A stretch of DNA of 64,000 nt. Source: the human T2T-CHM13v2.0 reference genome, Homo sapiens. Location of the stretch: the NCBI RefSeq assembly GCF_009914755.1, contig NC_060927.1; one strand, given 5' to 3'. Position numbers and translations under genes: made by a program. Positions 14,605-26,638 of the stretch are shown piece after piece. Numbering within the stretch: position 1 is the first letter of the stretch; every line of letters begins with the position of its first letter. The notes beneath the pieces are model-generated. The model made no database searches, had not been told where the DNA came from, and saw only the letters and a list, made by a program, of their open reading frames with translations.

Positions 14605-14740
14605 CTAGTCTTTTAAGCTGGAACATAAGCTCCATACGGGACTATGCAATGCCTATCTTGCCCATTCTTTCATCTCCAATATCATTCCTACTGAATGACA
14701 CATATTAGACGCTTAAATAATATTTGTAGGTGAATGAATA
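14605..14740 (+). mobile_element. L2 3' end
   Basis: taagctccat...tatcttg...acacatattagacgcttaaataatatttgtaggtgaatgaat. Confidence 0.6.
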
Positions 14741-15525
14741 TATCAATCCAACTAGAATGTTTGTGCAGGAACATCTTCCTGGCTTTTCTTAAAAAATGTA
14801 TATGTTCTTCTAAATTCCAAATCTTGATAACAAACAGTTGACAAATTGAGAAAATAAGAAAAATTATCAGTAATTCTCGTGTGAGAACTAAGGCATAAGT
14901 ATAAATGTAGAGACTTTACTGAATTGAAGGAATTAGCTAATAGCAAGTGAATAGCAAGAGCAGAAAATACTGACATCCATTGAAAATGAAGGTCAAGATT
15001 TCCAGGAACTGGAACAGAAACATATAGGGAAGGATCTGTCATGGTCTAAGTTACTTGTAGCTGCTACCATGGTATAAGTGTAAATTTGTGAGATTCTCTG
15101 TTGATAATGGTAAGTCATTCTTGCAAAGTGTACACTCATGTCTGTCGCTATCTATAATACATATACACATATATATTGCACTTGTACTAATCATATGAGT
15201 GGTATTCTAAGAAATAATAAGTTTAGGATCCTAAATAAGTACTTAAATTGGCAATTTCGGCACATTATTTTGTATCTTGCTGTTTGTTGCTTTGCTAGGA
15301 GATCAGAACTTTATGTTATTCAAAGACGGAATGGTCACTGATATTTTCCTGTATTTGAATTTTTGCTATAGGTTATAATTGTTAGTAAATACAATTAAAT
15401 CCCACTAAAATAGTAAGAAATACTACTACTATAAATAGTACTAACATACTAGGTACTATTGTTCTATTTATAAATACCGCAAAATGCAGAAAAATTCAAG
15501 ATTTCAGGAGTTCCTAAGAATTCAT

Positions 15526-15535
15526 GGGAATTCCC
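15526..15535. promoter_or_regulatory. Perfect palindromic NF-kB consensus site GGGAATTCCC (motif only)
   Basis: atGGGAATTCCCat at 15524-15537. Function is not demonstrable from sequence. Confidence 0.35.
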
Positions 15536-16149
15536 ATTTTGTTCTTAAATCCTGAAAATTAATATCTGTTGGATGTTTGGAAACAGCAAATTCAACTAGG
15601 TACTTGATCTTAGATGCTTTATCTACTGGAAAAAAACTATATTTATAAAATATAAATTATCTACAAAACAAGATATACTAAGTATATCTGGAGGTAGAAA
15701 CTTGACTAAAGTTAGTAGAGGAAGATTTGAGAAGAAAGGAAGTTTCCTGGAGAAAGAGATGGTGACGGCCATACGGAAGAAGAGGTATTTGGGATTTCAA
15801 GTCTGAGTTGCACTGAAATAAATGGGCAAGGGAAAATAAGGGGAAAACTTTTAGACAAGAAGAATGGAATAATTAATGTATATAGGAAAGCAATTTTTAT
15901 AGCTATATCATAGAACATTCTTTTTCAAAGAACGAGAGTTTATATTATGTGAAAATAAACTTTGAAGACCTTAATAAAATAGGTGAAAGTGAATTGTGAT
16001 AGTACTCAAATAGTTGTACATAGACAGTGTCAAATAAGTTAAAATTTACCATAATGGCTTGCATAAATTTATATACTTGCTGCCTTCGCATGCATTTTAG
16101 TCTAGCCATAAGCTATTTGAAATAGAGTTATATCCCATTACTTTGGCCA

Positions 16150-16632
16150 TGTTAAAACTTCTCCATCCTGGGTGGTTTTTGATATAGCCCACTCAACTCA
16201 CTGACCCAAAACCCAACACACCTCACAGCTACTGACCACAATATAGCCTAGTGTTTAACATGGGAGCCATGTAAAAAAGTAATTACCCCCCTGCCACACA
16301 TCTTTTAAACTAGCCAGTCTACAACCCGCTTCAGAAAGCCTTAGGGATAATGCCCATGTACCCACAGGTTGTCTGTATCTCACTCTCCACCCACTGGCTG
16401 AGCTCCTTGCTGCTTCCAAACTTTCTGTCAGCCTCCAGTCTGCACCTGTAACCTCTCTGGACCTGTGAGTAATAAATATCTTTTGTTTCATCCATTTTGA
16501 TTTCCTTTGCTCATTGTGTCACACATGATACACACACCTAAATTTAAATTTCCCCTAGGTCATGGTTATCCTAGAAAGTGGCTATTTTGGAAAAGAGAGA
16601 CCTCAATCCAAATTAGAACGAAAGAAATGACA
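16150..16632 (+). mobile_element. Solo ERVL-class LTR (MER74/MER73-like)
   Basis: TG start, ttctccatcctgggtggttttt, ctgtgagtAATAAA poly(A) signal near 16470, ends aaagaaatgaCA. Confidence 0.55.
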
Positions 16633-16904
16633 CAGATACTGAAGTTTTGATCAAGGTGTGGGAAAGTTATGTGTGTAAGGCATCAATGAGAACTGTGTGA
16701 ATGAGACCAATATTGACATTAATTTAAAAGTAGTTTATATTCCGGTTTTGAATACACTATTGAAGCATAACTAATGTCATTATCTAAAATTAAAAACTCT
16801 TTAACAAAAGATGAAATGTACAATATAATATATGCTATTATTTAAAATGCAAAGATACTCAGGTTAGACTGATTCAAAAGTAATGTGAACATATCTGACA
16901 TTGA

Positions 16905-17590
16905 GTTCATTCATTTATTTATTCATTCATATGTCCACCAAATATTTAATCATTCCATTATTTCCCACATACTACACACAGTTGAATCACTTTTGAACTA
17001 TTTAGGAGTCCCTAAATAGAATCCCCACAGTGAGAGAATGTTTAGAATTTTTCAGGGGTAATGTTGAGGCCAGTATTGCTAGGATAGTGCATGGCTGGGA
17101 GGTGATAGGAAGAGAGAAGGGTGGGGTGGTGGATACAGTGCTTGCAGGTTGAGTAGAGCTTTGGAGGCCTTTGGAAGACCTTTGGTTTTTACTCTCAGTG
17201 AGATAGGTGCCTCTGAAGACTGTTAAAGAAAAAGGTGACATAATCCTTGTTTTTAAAAGACTAAAACTAAATTGAGAATAGACTGGGGACAAGCTAAAAA
17301 GCTTTTGCAACTAATTCAAGAAAAAAATGGTAATGGCTTATTGTAGGGTGATGGTTGCAGTGGAAATTGTTGACAAATGCTCTGATCCTGGGCATTCTTC
17401 AGTAGAGCTCACCAGATTTCCAGACATATTAATTATAGGTCAGAAGAAAGGTGAGCATTTTAAGTATTTCCAAATTTTAAGGAGGATAAGGTTGTGATCA
17501 TTGTCATTTTGGATATTCAGAATAAAGCAAATATTTAGGGGAAGATTTACAGTTTAATTTTAAAATGTAAGTTTGGGGTGCCTATTAAAT
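16905..17590 (-). mobile_element. L2 fragment
   Basis: (ttca)n tail ttcattcatttatttattcattcat followed by purine-rich L2 body (gaccttTggttttTactctcagtgagatagg...gtgacataatc...ttttaaaaga). Confidence 0.75.
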
Positions 17591-20294
17591 TAAAAAAAGT
17601 TATATTTTACTTACCAAACCATGATACTCTGATTTCTTTAGCATTTGTGGTTGTTATGTTGAAAAATTTAGCAGTAAAAATTATTTAAAATTAGACGTGC
17701 TGTTTTCAAGAATCTCATGGCAGAAAAGTGGTATTTGGAAAGCTTATAAAGTCATTGTTCAATTGATTTTTAAGAATTTTCTTTTTGACAAATTGAGCAT
17801 TTACAAAATATGATAGTACCCATATCTTCCTTTTTTAAAAACTAGTCCCAGATGTTTAGTGTAAAGTAATACTTGTGGGGTTCAGAAATAACTAATTATG
17901 TGGTAAAAATAAATATTAATCAAAAAATACATTTCTAATTTAGAAGCTTTTCTTCATTTTCTTATTGTCTTCAAGTCTTTCAACTTCTCTTTCCTCTTCC
18001 CTTTTTTCCTTCTTTATTTTCCTTTCCATGATATTTTATTTAACTGAATATTTACCATATTCTGAGTATCACAATAGGCATGTTAAAAGGTACGAAGGTA
18101 AATAAGTCCAAGTTGCTGTGTATTTAAATAATACAAGGTTTAGAGGATATAAAACATAGCCTTTGCTATGTATAACATAATGTTGAAGATGTTAAGTGGA
18201 ATGAGAAAGATGCTGATAGAGTTTTAAAAAATCTTAAAATTATTCATTTTATTAATTTTAAAATTATTATATTTTTCTTATGTTCCATCTTTTACAAATG
18301 AACTTTATGTATTCCTTTTATATAAATATTATGTCATATTTTCTAATGATAGACCAGGATTTATCATCAAGTGAACTTATATGAATTAGTGATAAGAACT
18401 AAAATTTGAACTAAATATTTTCTATGACTATGAGCATTCAAGAATAGAGAAAAAAATAAATCATAAGGGCAATTAAAATTTTTTTATTTATATAAATATT
18501 AGATACATATCATGCTTACTTAGTCTTGGAAGAATTATGTAGAAATATTCAAACTCATTTGAACAAATAACCCTTGGCAGTTATTTCACAAGGGCACCTG
18601 GAATTTCTGCTAAAAATCTTGTCTGATTGTCACATAAAACTTTTGTGCTTAGCTTTCAGTTTTATTTACCATCTACTTATGGAATTATCAAATTCAAAGC
18701 CTGAATTTAGCTGTCTGACCTTGAGAAGACAGAATAAGCAAAATTGAGAGAGATATTATTAGTTTGAATGAAACATATCTGCCCTGAGAAGGTCCACTTA
18801 TCTCCATTAAACATAATGATTTCCTGAGCTGAAGAAGAATACATAAACTCATGGATGTGAGTATGTTTTTACATAGTAGTTAAGGAAGTGGACCAGAATA
18901 TTACAGATAAGGAATTCAAGTAACTAAAGTAATTTCCAGATTTTAAGTTATTTGAAAAGTTTGTTATAGCTTCTTATCATGGCAAAATTATATTACAATG
19001 ATACACTGATATCCTGGAAATTTAGGAATGTAATATCTAAGTCACTATCAGAGGCCATGTTGGTAACCCTCACATTGAGAATATGGCCTTCTCTAGCCTT
19101 GACCCCAGAAAAGAATGAAATTCTAGATGATGAGCTTGAGGAAATGATTGCTGAGATTTCAACAAACATATACCTGTACTCCATTCTCCTAAGAGATCAT
19201 ATAACTTCAAAGCGTAAGTAAGATAGCTATGGACATATGAATATGTATCTGCTGATAGGTATGAGATTTATGAAGGAAACAGTTAGTACGGAAGTGAAGA
19301 ATAAAGATCTGAGCCCTCCCAGGGATCAGAAAAACTATATTCTCTTGATATTTCAATATGCTTTATGAATAGTCCATGGAGACCTAAACACATTTCATAA
19401 GTCCTCTAGGACTTCACCATTGGATCATGAACCAGGATTTAACTTGAACCATGTGCTGGATCCTTCCGTTTCACCACAAATGTTTATTCTGGCAAATTTT
19501 GACCATAATTTCAATCACATAGCATAAGCTTCTGCTTTATATTACTGGGGTTTACCCAAGATAGATTTCTGGATTCAGCTGTTTCTCATATATCCATACT
19601 TTCTCCAATGACAGCTGCCGTGGCTCCTTCAGGAAACAAATCCATCCAGGCTTATGGCATGACTTTTTCTATTTTGAGTGTTTTCACTAATGCTTATCTT
19701 GAAACTAACTAAACAGTGATACTTATCTTGAAATAGTAAAAACAAATGAACTCTTTTTTTGTTGGTCTTAGAATCACTCTGACGATAACAGTATTTTCAT
19801 GCTACTTTCACTAAAAGAATAATCAAAATGTTGGAGACATAGAAAATCTTTGATATGGTTCTGTGATAAACTGACTCCTTAATTCAATTATAATTTTCTC
19901 CGAATTTTGTTCCTTTTTTTCTCAAAAAGTAAACATTTAAAAATGTTTAAAATGTCATGTGTAATGATATAAAAGCTTGTGTTTATGTGGATAATAGGAC
20001 AAACAATGCTCAGCAATATATTGGTTTCCCTTTCCATTTTCCATGTTCAGTACTGTTTCAAAGATCTTTTACATCTATGTCAAGTATATAATACCACATT
20101 CTAGACAAGGGAATGGTGCACAAAAGCAACATAGACCACTTCAAAGCCTAGACCATACAAATCCTATGTGTAAACTTCCACTTTCTTTTTCCATTGCATG
20201 GCAATGGTGGAGACAACATCTGGAAAATTGTAGTGTAAATGGCAAAAACACCACGGTTCCTAAGTTACTCTGTGGAACATAGCACTCCTTCTCT

Positions 20295-21645
20295 AAATAA
20301 CTGACTCTTTTGGGAAGTTGCTGTATCAAGAGGGTCTACATCTGGACCCAACAGATATGACTAAATACACAACATCTGAGATTTCTCTTCTTTCAGCTGG
20401 ATGTGAAGACTAGATGAAACTTGGTGTTGTCTCATTTGGAAAGGACATTCTATGTGTGGAAATAAAGTAGCAAAAGAAAGAGCTGAGCAACAGGTAAATC
20501 ATTGATGTCTAGTTATACAGAGATTTTGGGGTTTCTTCATATAGTAGCATATCCTTAAAAACTGCTAAAATTGGAACCTTGAAGTCAGGTATCACTGTAA
20601 AGTAAATAAAATATAGACTATTGGCATAATTGTCTAAAAATAAGCCACAAACATAGATATTGGAGAGTAGAAATATGGAGATATATGATATATAATACAA
20701 GAACCCTTGGTAAAAATTTTGCCTACATTAAATCTGAACTTTTAAACCTATTGAGACAGTATCTTTAGGAGAAGTTTGCTGGAAAAAAAGGTGTTAGCAT
20801 ATATTGATATTGACTATATCTAGCACAATATTTCAACAAAGGAGGACTATAAAGATAATTAGGAATTAAATAGCTTGAAAGTATAAATAAAAGAAAGGTG
20901 AATAGAATTCATAAATTCATGGCCTAATGGTTTGAAAACTCACCTGCTTCTATAGATCATAGAGTAGGAATTAGGACGAATTACTCTTTTTGACACTGAA
21001 AGTCTATTAAGACCCAGGATTCGCTCAAAGATCAGATAAAAGGTGCCTTTCTCTTGTTCACACTTGAAAACCACATTGCTGCCTCCAGTAAGGTGAGAGG
21101 AAGAAGCATAGAGGCCAGGATGCAAATATGAAGATTTAAGACTTTTGTCTAAAAAGGACTTTGGGTATATTGCTGGTCATCAAATGGCCAAAACCAAATA
21201 GCTCAAAAGTATGTGGAGATTCGAAGAAACAATATTGAACAACATTCTCTGATATCAGATTTAAAATGCCTTTACCTGTTGTAGCTGTAAATGAGCTTTC
21301 GGAACTCCAGACGTGCTCCAGTAGAAGTTAGTTATAAAAATTTGTACAGCTCCACAAACAAGGTAGGCTCTTCAGTCCACTTTTCAAATCTGTTCAAGGC
21401 TATTTTATTCCTGACTTACCCTGAATTTTTAGTGTGGGGTTGAAGTGAACAGATAACTAACTTTTTAGGCCTTAAATTGCTGGAGTAGGAGGAGCCACAT
21501 CTGATCTCCAAAATATATGACTGAGCTGCACAACATTTGAAATTTCTGGTCTTTCAGCTGATGCAAAGATGAGATTAAATTTGAAGTTGCCTCCTTTCTG
21601 GGAATAAAGACAGAATAATATGCACAGAAATAAGCAAAAATATTT
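20295..21645 (+). mobile_element. MLT1 (MaLR) internal sequence, with an extra upstream copy of its 3' end
   Basis: LTR-end-like ctagttataca then gagattttggg near 20520 (MaLR-int start). The internal 3' motif acatctg...atatgact...ctttcagctg occurs at 20338 and 21497. Directly precedes an MLT1 LTR. Confidence 0.55.
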
Positions 21646-21649
21646 AGTG

Positions 21650-22043
21650 ATGAGAGTGATAGAATGCAGCAGTGAAAGCTAGCACCTGCTATTATTTTCT
21701 CTCTCCTTTTAAGACACATAAGGATACTTCTTGGCTTCCCTTTAGTTAGGTTGGAGCAATATGCCTGAGTTCTGGTCAATGGAATATGGAAAGAAATGAT
21801 GTATATTGTTTCCAAGCCAGACACTTATAAATCTGCGAGATATGATTTCCTGTGTATTTCCAAAGTTGGAGGTCCAGGGTTGGAGTTGAGAAGGTGCTAT
21901 CACAAGATGGAATGAATTTGAGTAGAGCACTCTTTTCTTTTCCTCTTCTCCACTACTCAGCTCAGACTGGAATGTGAGATGAAAAACAAATAAATCTTTG
22001 CTGTGTCAAGCCATTGATATTTGGAGGCTGTTTTTTACTTGAT
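21650..22043 (+). mobile_element. MLT1I/J-like LTR
   Basis: ctgagttctggtcaatggaatatggaaagaaatgatgtat...acaagatggaa...aaataaatctttgctgtgtcaagccattgatatttggaggctgtt. Confidence 0.75.
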
Positions 22044-22059
22044 TAAAAAATTATGTTAA

Positions 22060-22069
22060 ACACACACAC

Positions 22070-22112
<43 letters not shown>
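22060..22112. repeat. Compound (CA)n(GA)n microsatellite
   Basis: Seen directly. Confidence 0.95.
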
Positions 22113-22116
<4 letters not shown>

Positions 22117-22718
22117 GTGCATTGAATTTGGGACTGCCTTAAATATTTGGGACCCAAAGTTATAGTACTATGTGAAGATTTGTTCCAAGAAGTTGATTAA
22201 AAAGCCCATATTATATTTATCAGCTGGAAAAGTAAAGAAACCAAGCCTAGGGGAGAGAAATTTACTGGGAACAAATGGTGTATTAGGATGTAGGAGAAAA
22301 CTTGAAATATCCCCACTCCTCCGTTACTAAAACCCCAGTCAAATCATGAAAAAAAAGGAAAAAAAAATACAGAAAACTTGTAGGCTGAACTTTTGAAATT
22401 CTTATGATGATCTGGCATATTCAATGAGGAATTAGAACTCAGAGTACTTTATAGAAAGGAATTCTTTCTGAATCAAGGTTAAAGGAGCACAGAAACGATG
22501 TATATTATGTACACCAAATCTATTACGTGGCCATTGTTGAAATCAGGATTTTTGTAAAATGCTAGGAATTCTAGGTACTTAAGAAACAGGAGTGAGATTG
22601 GCCAGGAAGTAGCATAGTGAGTCCTAGGAAAATGTGGAAGGCTACAACTCAGTAGGGTTGTGGAAATGCCTGAAACCTGGGGAATAGCCCACATCTACAT
22701 CCAAACAATGATAGTACA

Positions 22719-23070
22719 TGATATAGTTTGGCTCTGTGTCCCCACCCTAATCTCAGCTTGAATTGTAATAATCCCTACATGTCATGGGAGGAACATGGTG
22801 GGAAGTAATTGAATCATGGGGGCAGGTTTTTCCCATGAATAAGTGAATAAGTCTCACAAGATATGATGGTTTTATAAAGGAGAGTTCCGCTGCACATGTT
22901 CTCTTGCCTGCCACCATAGAAGGTGTGACTTTGCTTCTCATTTCACCTTCCAAAATGATTGTGAGTACTTCCCAGCCATGTGGAACTGTGAGGCAATTAA
23001 ACCTCATTTCTTTATAAATTACCCAGTCTCAGGTATGTCTTTATTAGCAATGTGAGAACAGACTAACACA
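22719..23070 (+). mobile_element. THE1B-like solo LTR
   Basis: TGatatagtttggctctgtgtccccacc...gactaacaCA with perfect 5-bp TSD GTACA (22714-22718 / 23071-23075). Confidence 0.92.
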
Positions 23071-24279
23071 GTACACATGATAGACTGAAGGATAGAAATA
23101 TTTGTCGGGGGGTACCAGAGCATGAGGACACCTAAGAGCTCCTTGGGGACTGCTGAAGTGGAGTCAAGAATAAGGGCTTATATATAGACAGTCGTCTTGG
23201 TTGGTCACTGCTTTTCCTTCATTGTTGCTCTTCCTATGAAAAATAAATTGGACAAACTATTATCTCTGTCACCTAGAATAGTGTTTGGCACATGGAAGAT
23301 ATTCAAAAAATATATATTCAAAAACAAATAAATATTTTCTTTTGATAGATATGCCTTAACATGTAAAAATATCTGTGTTTTCTTTGGGAGGCAGGGGAGG
23401 AGTGTCTAAATGTTATAAAACAACAGAAATAGAATAATTTTTAGCGTTAGAATCTGATATAATCTATGCAGAACTATGATTATATTATTATAATTATGAA
23501 AAGCCCCAAACCACTCTAATTTTCTCTTTTGTCTTTCACCATGTTATGTAGGTAAGAAATTAAGTCAACAAACTTATTTCAGAATTACATTTAGAAAGTA
23601 TTATTGTTCTATACGTCTCTAAAGAATTCATGTTTTTATTTTAGTTTGAGTCCTAAAAATTACAATTTGTTGAGCTTTTCTCTAGTGTTTGATCTTTGAA
23701 AATTTTGTTTTTTTTAGGTCCTTACTACCAGAGTCCTATGGAGCTTCCCCTCTCTTACCCCTTCCACCCATATTTGTACTTTTCCTTTATTAAAGTAAAA
23801 ACTGATCAAAAGGGCAACTATAGTTACAACTGTTTGAATGTCAGAGCATTTGATGAGTCAAGACATTGTAGCTGTGGCAATATATCTTCCATTGTCTTTC
23901 ATTTTATAAATGGGATTCTAATTAGACCAATCATTTTTAATTAGCACGCTGTCATGTAGCAATCTAATAAAATACTGTGATGAGGAAAATTGATCTGGCC
24001 TTGATGCTAATTACTCTCCTAGGCTCCAGGCTTTATAAAACTAGGAAGTGACTGCTTCCAGGCCATCCATGTCCTGTTTCTTCTTCTTTGTTTTTTTACA
24101 TACACTCTTCTACTTAACTTGTCTCCTTACTTCATATTATGTCCTCATCTTTAATTCACATTGTGTCCTCATTCCCAATTAATTTTAACCACACCTTGGT
24201 CTTTGGTGTAACCTGAAAAAGTAGGCTTTATCAGTTGTCTGAGAAAATATTCCTTAGTTAAATATTTCCTCTAAGAAGT

Positions 24280-24650
24280 TGATTATGGTTAGGCTTTGCG
24301 TCCCCACCCAAATCTTATCTTGAATTGTAATCCCCATAATCCCCACATGTCAAGGGAAAAAGCAGGTGGAGGTAATTGAATCATGGGGGCAGTTTCCCCA
24401 GTGCTGTTCTCATGATGCTGATTGTCACAAGATATGATGGTTTTATATGGGGCTTTTCCCCTCTTTGCTGGCACTTCTTCCTGCTGCCTTGTAAAGAAGA
24501 TTCCTTACTTCCCCTTTGCCTCCTTCCATGATTGTAAATTTCCTGAGGCTTTCCCAGCCATGCTGAACTGTGAGTCAATTAAATCTCTTTCCTTCATGAA
24601 TTATCCAGTCTCAGCAGTTCGTTATAGCAGTGTGAAAACAGACTAATATG
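24280..24650 (+). mobile_element. THE1C/D-like solo LTR
   Basis: TGattatggttaggctttgcgtccccacccaaatc...gactaatatg. TSD gaagt (24275-24279) / gaagc (24651-24655). Confidence 0.9.
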
Positions 24651-25647
24651 GAAGCGTACCAGATCACAGTCCCATAATGCCAAAGTCTGGCTCAGTGCTA
24701 AGGCTGTTAGGGTTAGGCCAAGGTCAGCCTCCACATAATCAAAGTCAGAGGGAGCTGAGACTGTTGCTGGAATCAGAGTTTTAGAAAGACAGTAACATAA
24801 ACATTACAAAAGAAAATCTGAACAATATTCTCGTGGGATTTGTTTACGTCTGTTTTCTCAGAACAGCACGGCATGTTTAAGGTTAAATAACTAAATTTTT
24901 CCAAGAATTGGGTGACTGACTAGAGTTTCCTTTGCTGCTATTTAAATGCTTTTTAAAGTCAGAATAATTTGAGATAACTAATACTTTTTTTAGTCATAAG
25001 ATACTTGGAATATAAATTTTGATGTCTGACTTAAATTTTTTGATTCATTTTTAGCCCATTAACTACATATCTAGGCTTTTTATGAAATTGTTATTGGAAA
25101 CAAAACTTAAACATAGCTTCCTGTGTAAAACTAAATTTACTTGTACTTTGTTCTTTTTTTCCTTTAAATTTACTTTATTTTAATAAGGACAGGTGGGAAT
25201 TACTTCAAAGCGAAAGATGTCTTGATCTCTATAAAAGTTTATTTTTATTGTATTAGCATAACCATTCCTTGAGACATCGAAGATTTTCATTAACTGTCTA
25301 AATTTGTTTTTGTGTGTGATCCTCAGAATGGCTACAGATCTAAGCATGTTCAGATGAAGCAGGTGTTGTGACTATATACATTAGTATACGGTGCACTAAA
25401 GATTCTTGAAATCCCTGTAAAAAACGTCCTAAGATATTTGGAACATATTAATAATTCTATGCAAATTTTAAGTTTGCTTCTAGGAATTCATTAAATTTTA
25501 CCTTGTGAGTGACGTTAAAAGAGAATCAAATGGAGGTGTTGTTGAATAATGAATCTACTCTTTAGACAGTGCTTCTTATGTGTAATCTAGCACAGAAACC
25601 AATCCATATTTGTGACTTGTGCACAGTGAAATAGCAACTCATGCCAG

Positions 25648-25948
<301 letters not shown>

Positions 25949-26220
25949 TCATGACAGTATGAAAATCACCTAAGTTGTTAAGCCCCCTGTTTAGGTTGGC
26001 TGATATTTGTTTTTCATAACAATAATTTATCAATAAATAAAGCAGAAAATTCAATTATATTCTGGCACAAAATCCTTATTTTATTATCTGCTGTCATTTT
26101 GAGTAGCCCTAGTATTGAAGCTGGTTATATTAAAAATATAAAAATATTCCTAGATGATAAATATTTTCACAGATATTAGAATAATGGAGAGGTGAGCTTC
26201 AACTATCCTATGTTTACCTG

Positions 26221-26638
26221 CGTATAACTCAGGGTTCTCTAGAGGGACAGAACTAATAGTGTGTATATTAACTCACACAATCACAAGGTCCCACAATAGG
26301 CCATCTACAAGCTGAGGAAAAAGGAAAGCCAGTCTGCATCCCAAAACTGAAGAAAGTGGAGTCCAATGTTCGAGGGCAGTAAGGGTCCATCACAGGAGAA
26401 AGATGTAGGCTGGGAGGTTAGGCCAGTCTAGTCTTTTCACAATTTTTTTCTGCCTGCTTTATATTCTAGCTGTGCTAGAAGCTGATTAGATGGTGCCCTC
26501 CCAGATTAAGGGTGAGTCTGCCTTTCCCAGTCCACTGACTCAAATGTTAATCTCCTTTGGCAACACCCTCACAGACACACCTAAGATACTTTGCATACTT
26601 TAATCCAATCAAGTTGGCACTCAGTATTAACCATCACA
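26221..26638 (-). mobile_element. MLT2A LTR (3' LTR of HERV-L)
   Basis: cagggttctctagagggacagaactaata...tcacaaggtcccacaataggccatct...cagtattaaccatcaCA. Adjoins a degenerate polypurine-tract complement and HERV-L internal sequence. Confidence 0.92.

Noticed and set aside
22719-24650. Complete THE1 provirus
   Set aside because: Each LTR has its own TSD, the subfamilies differ, and the spacer is not THE1 internal sequence.
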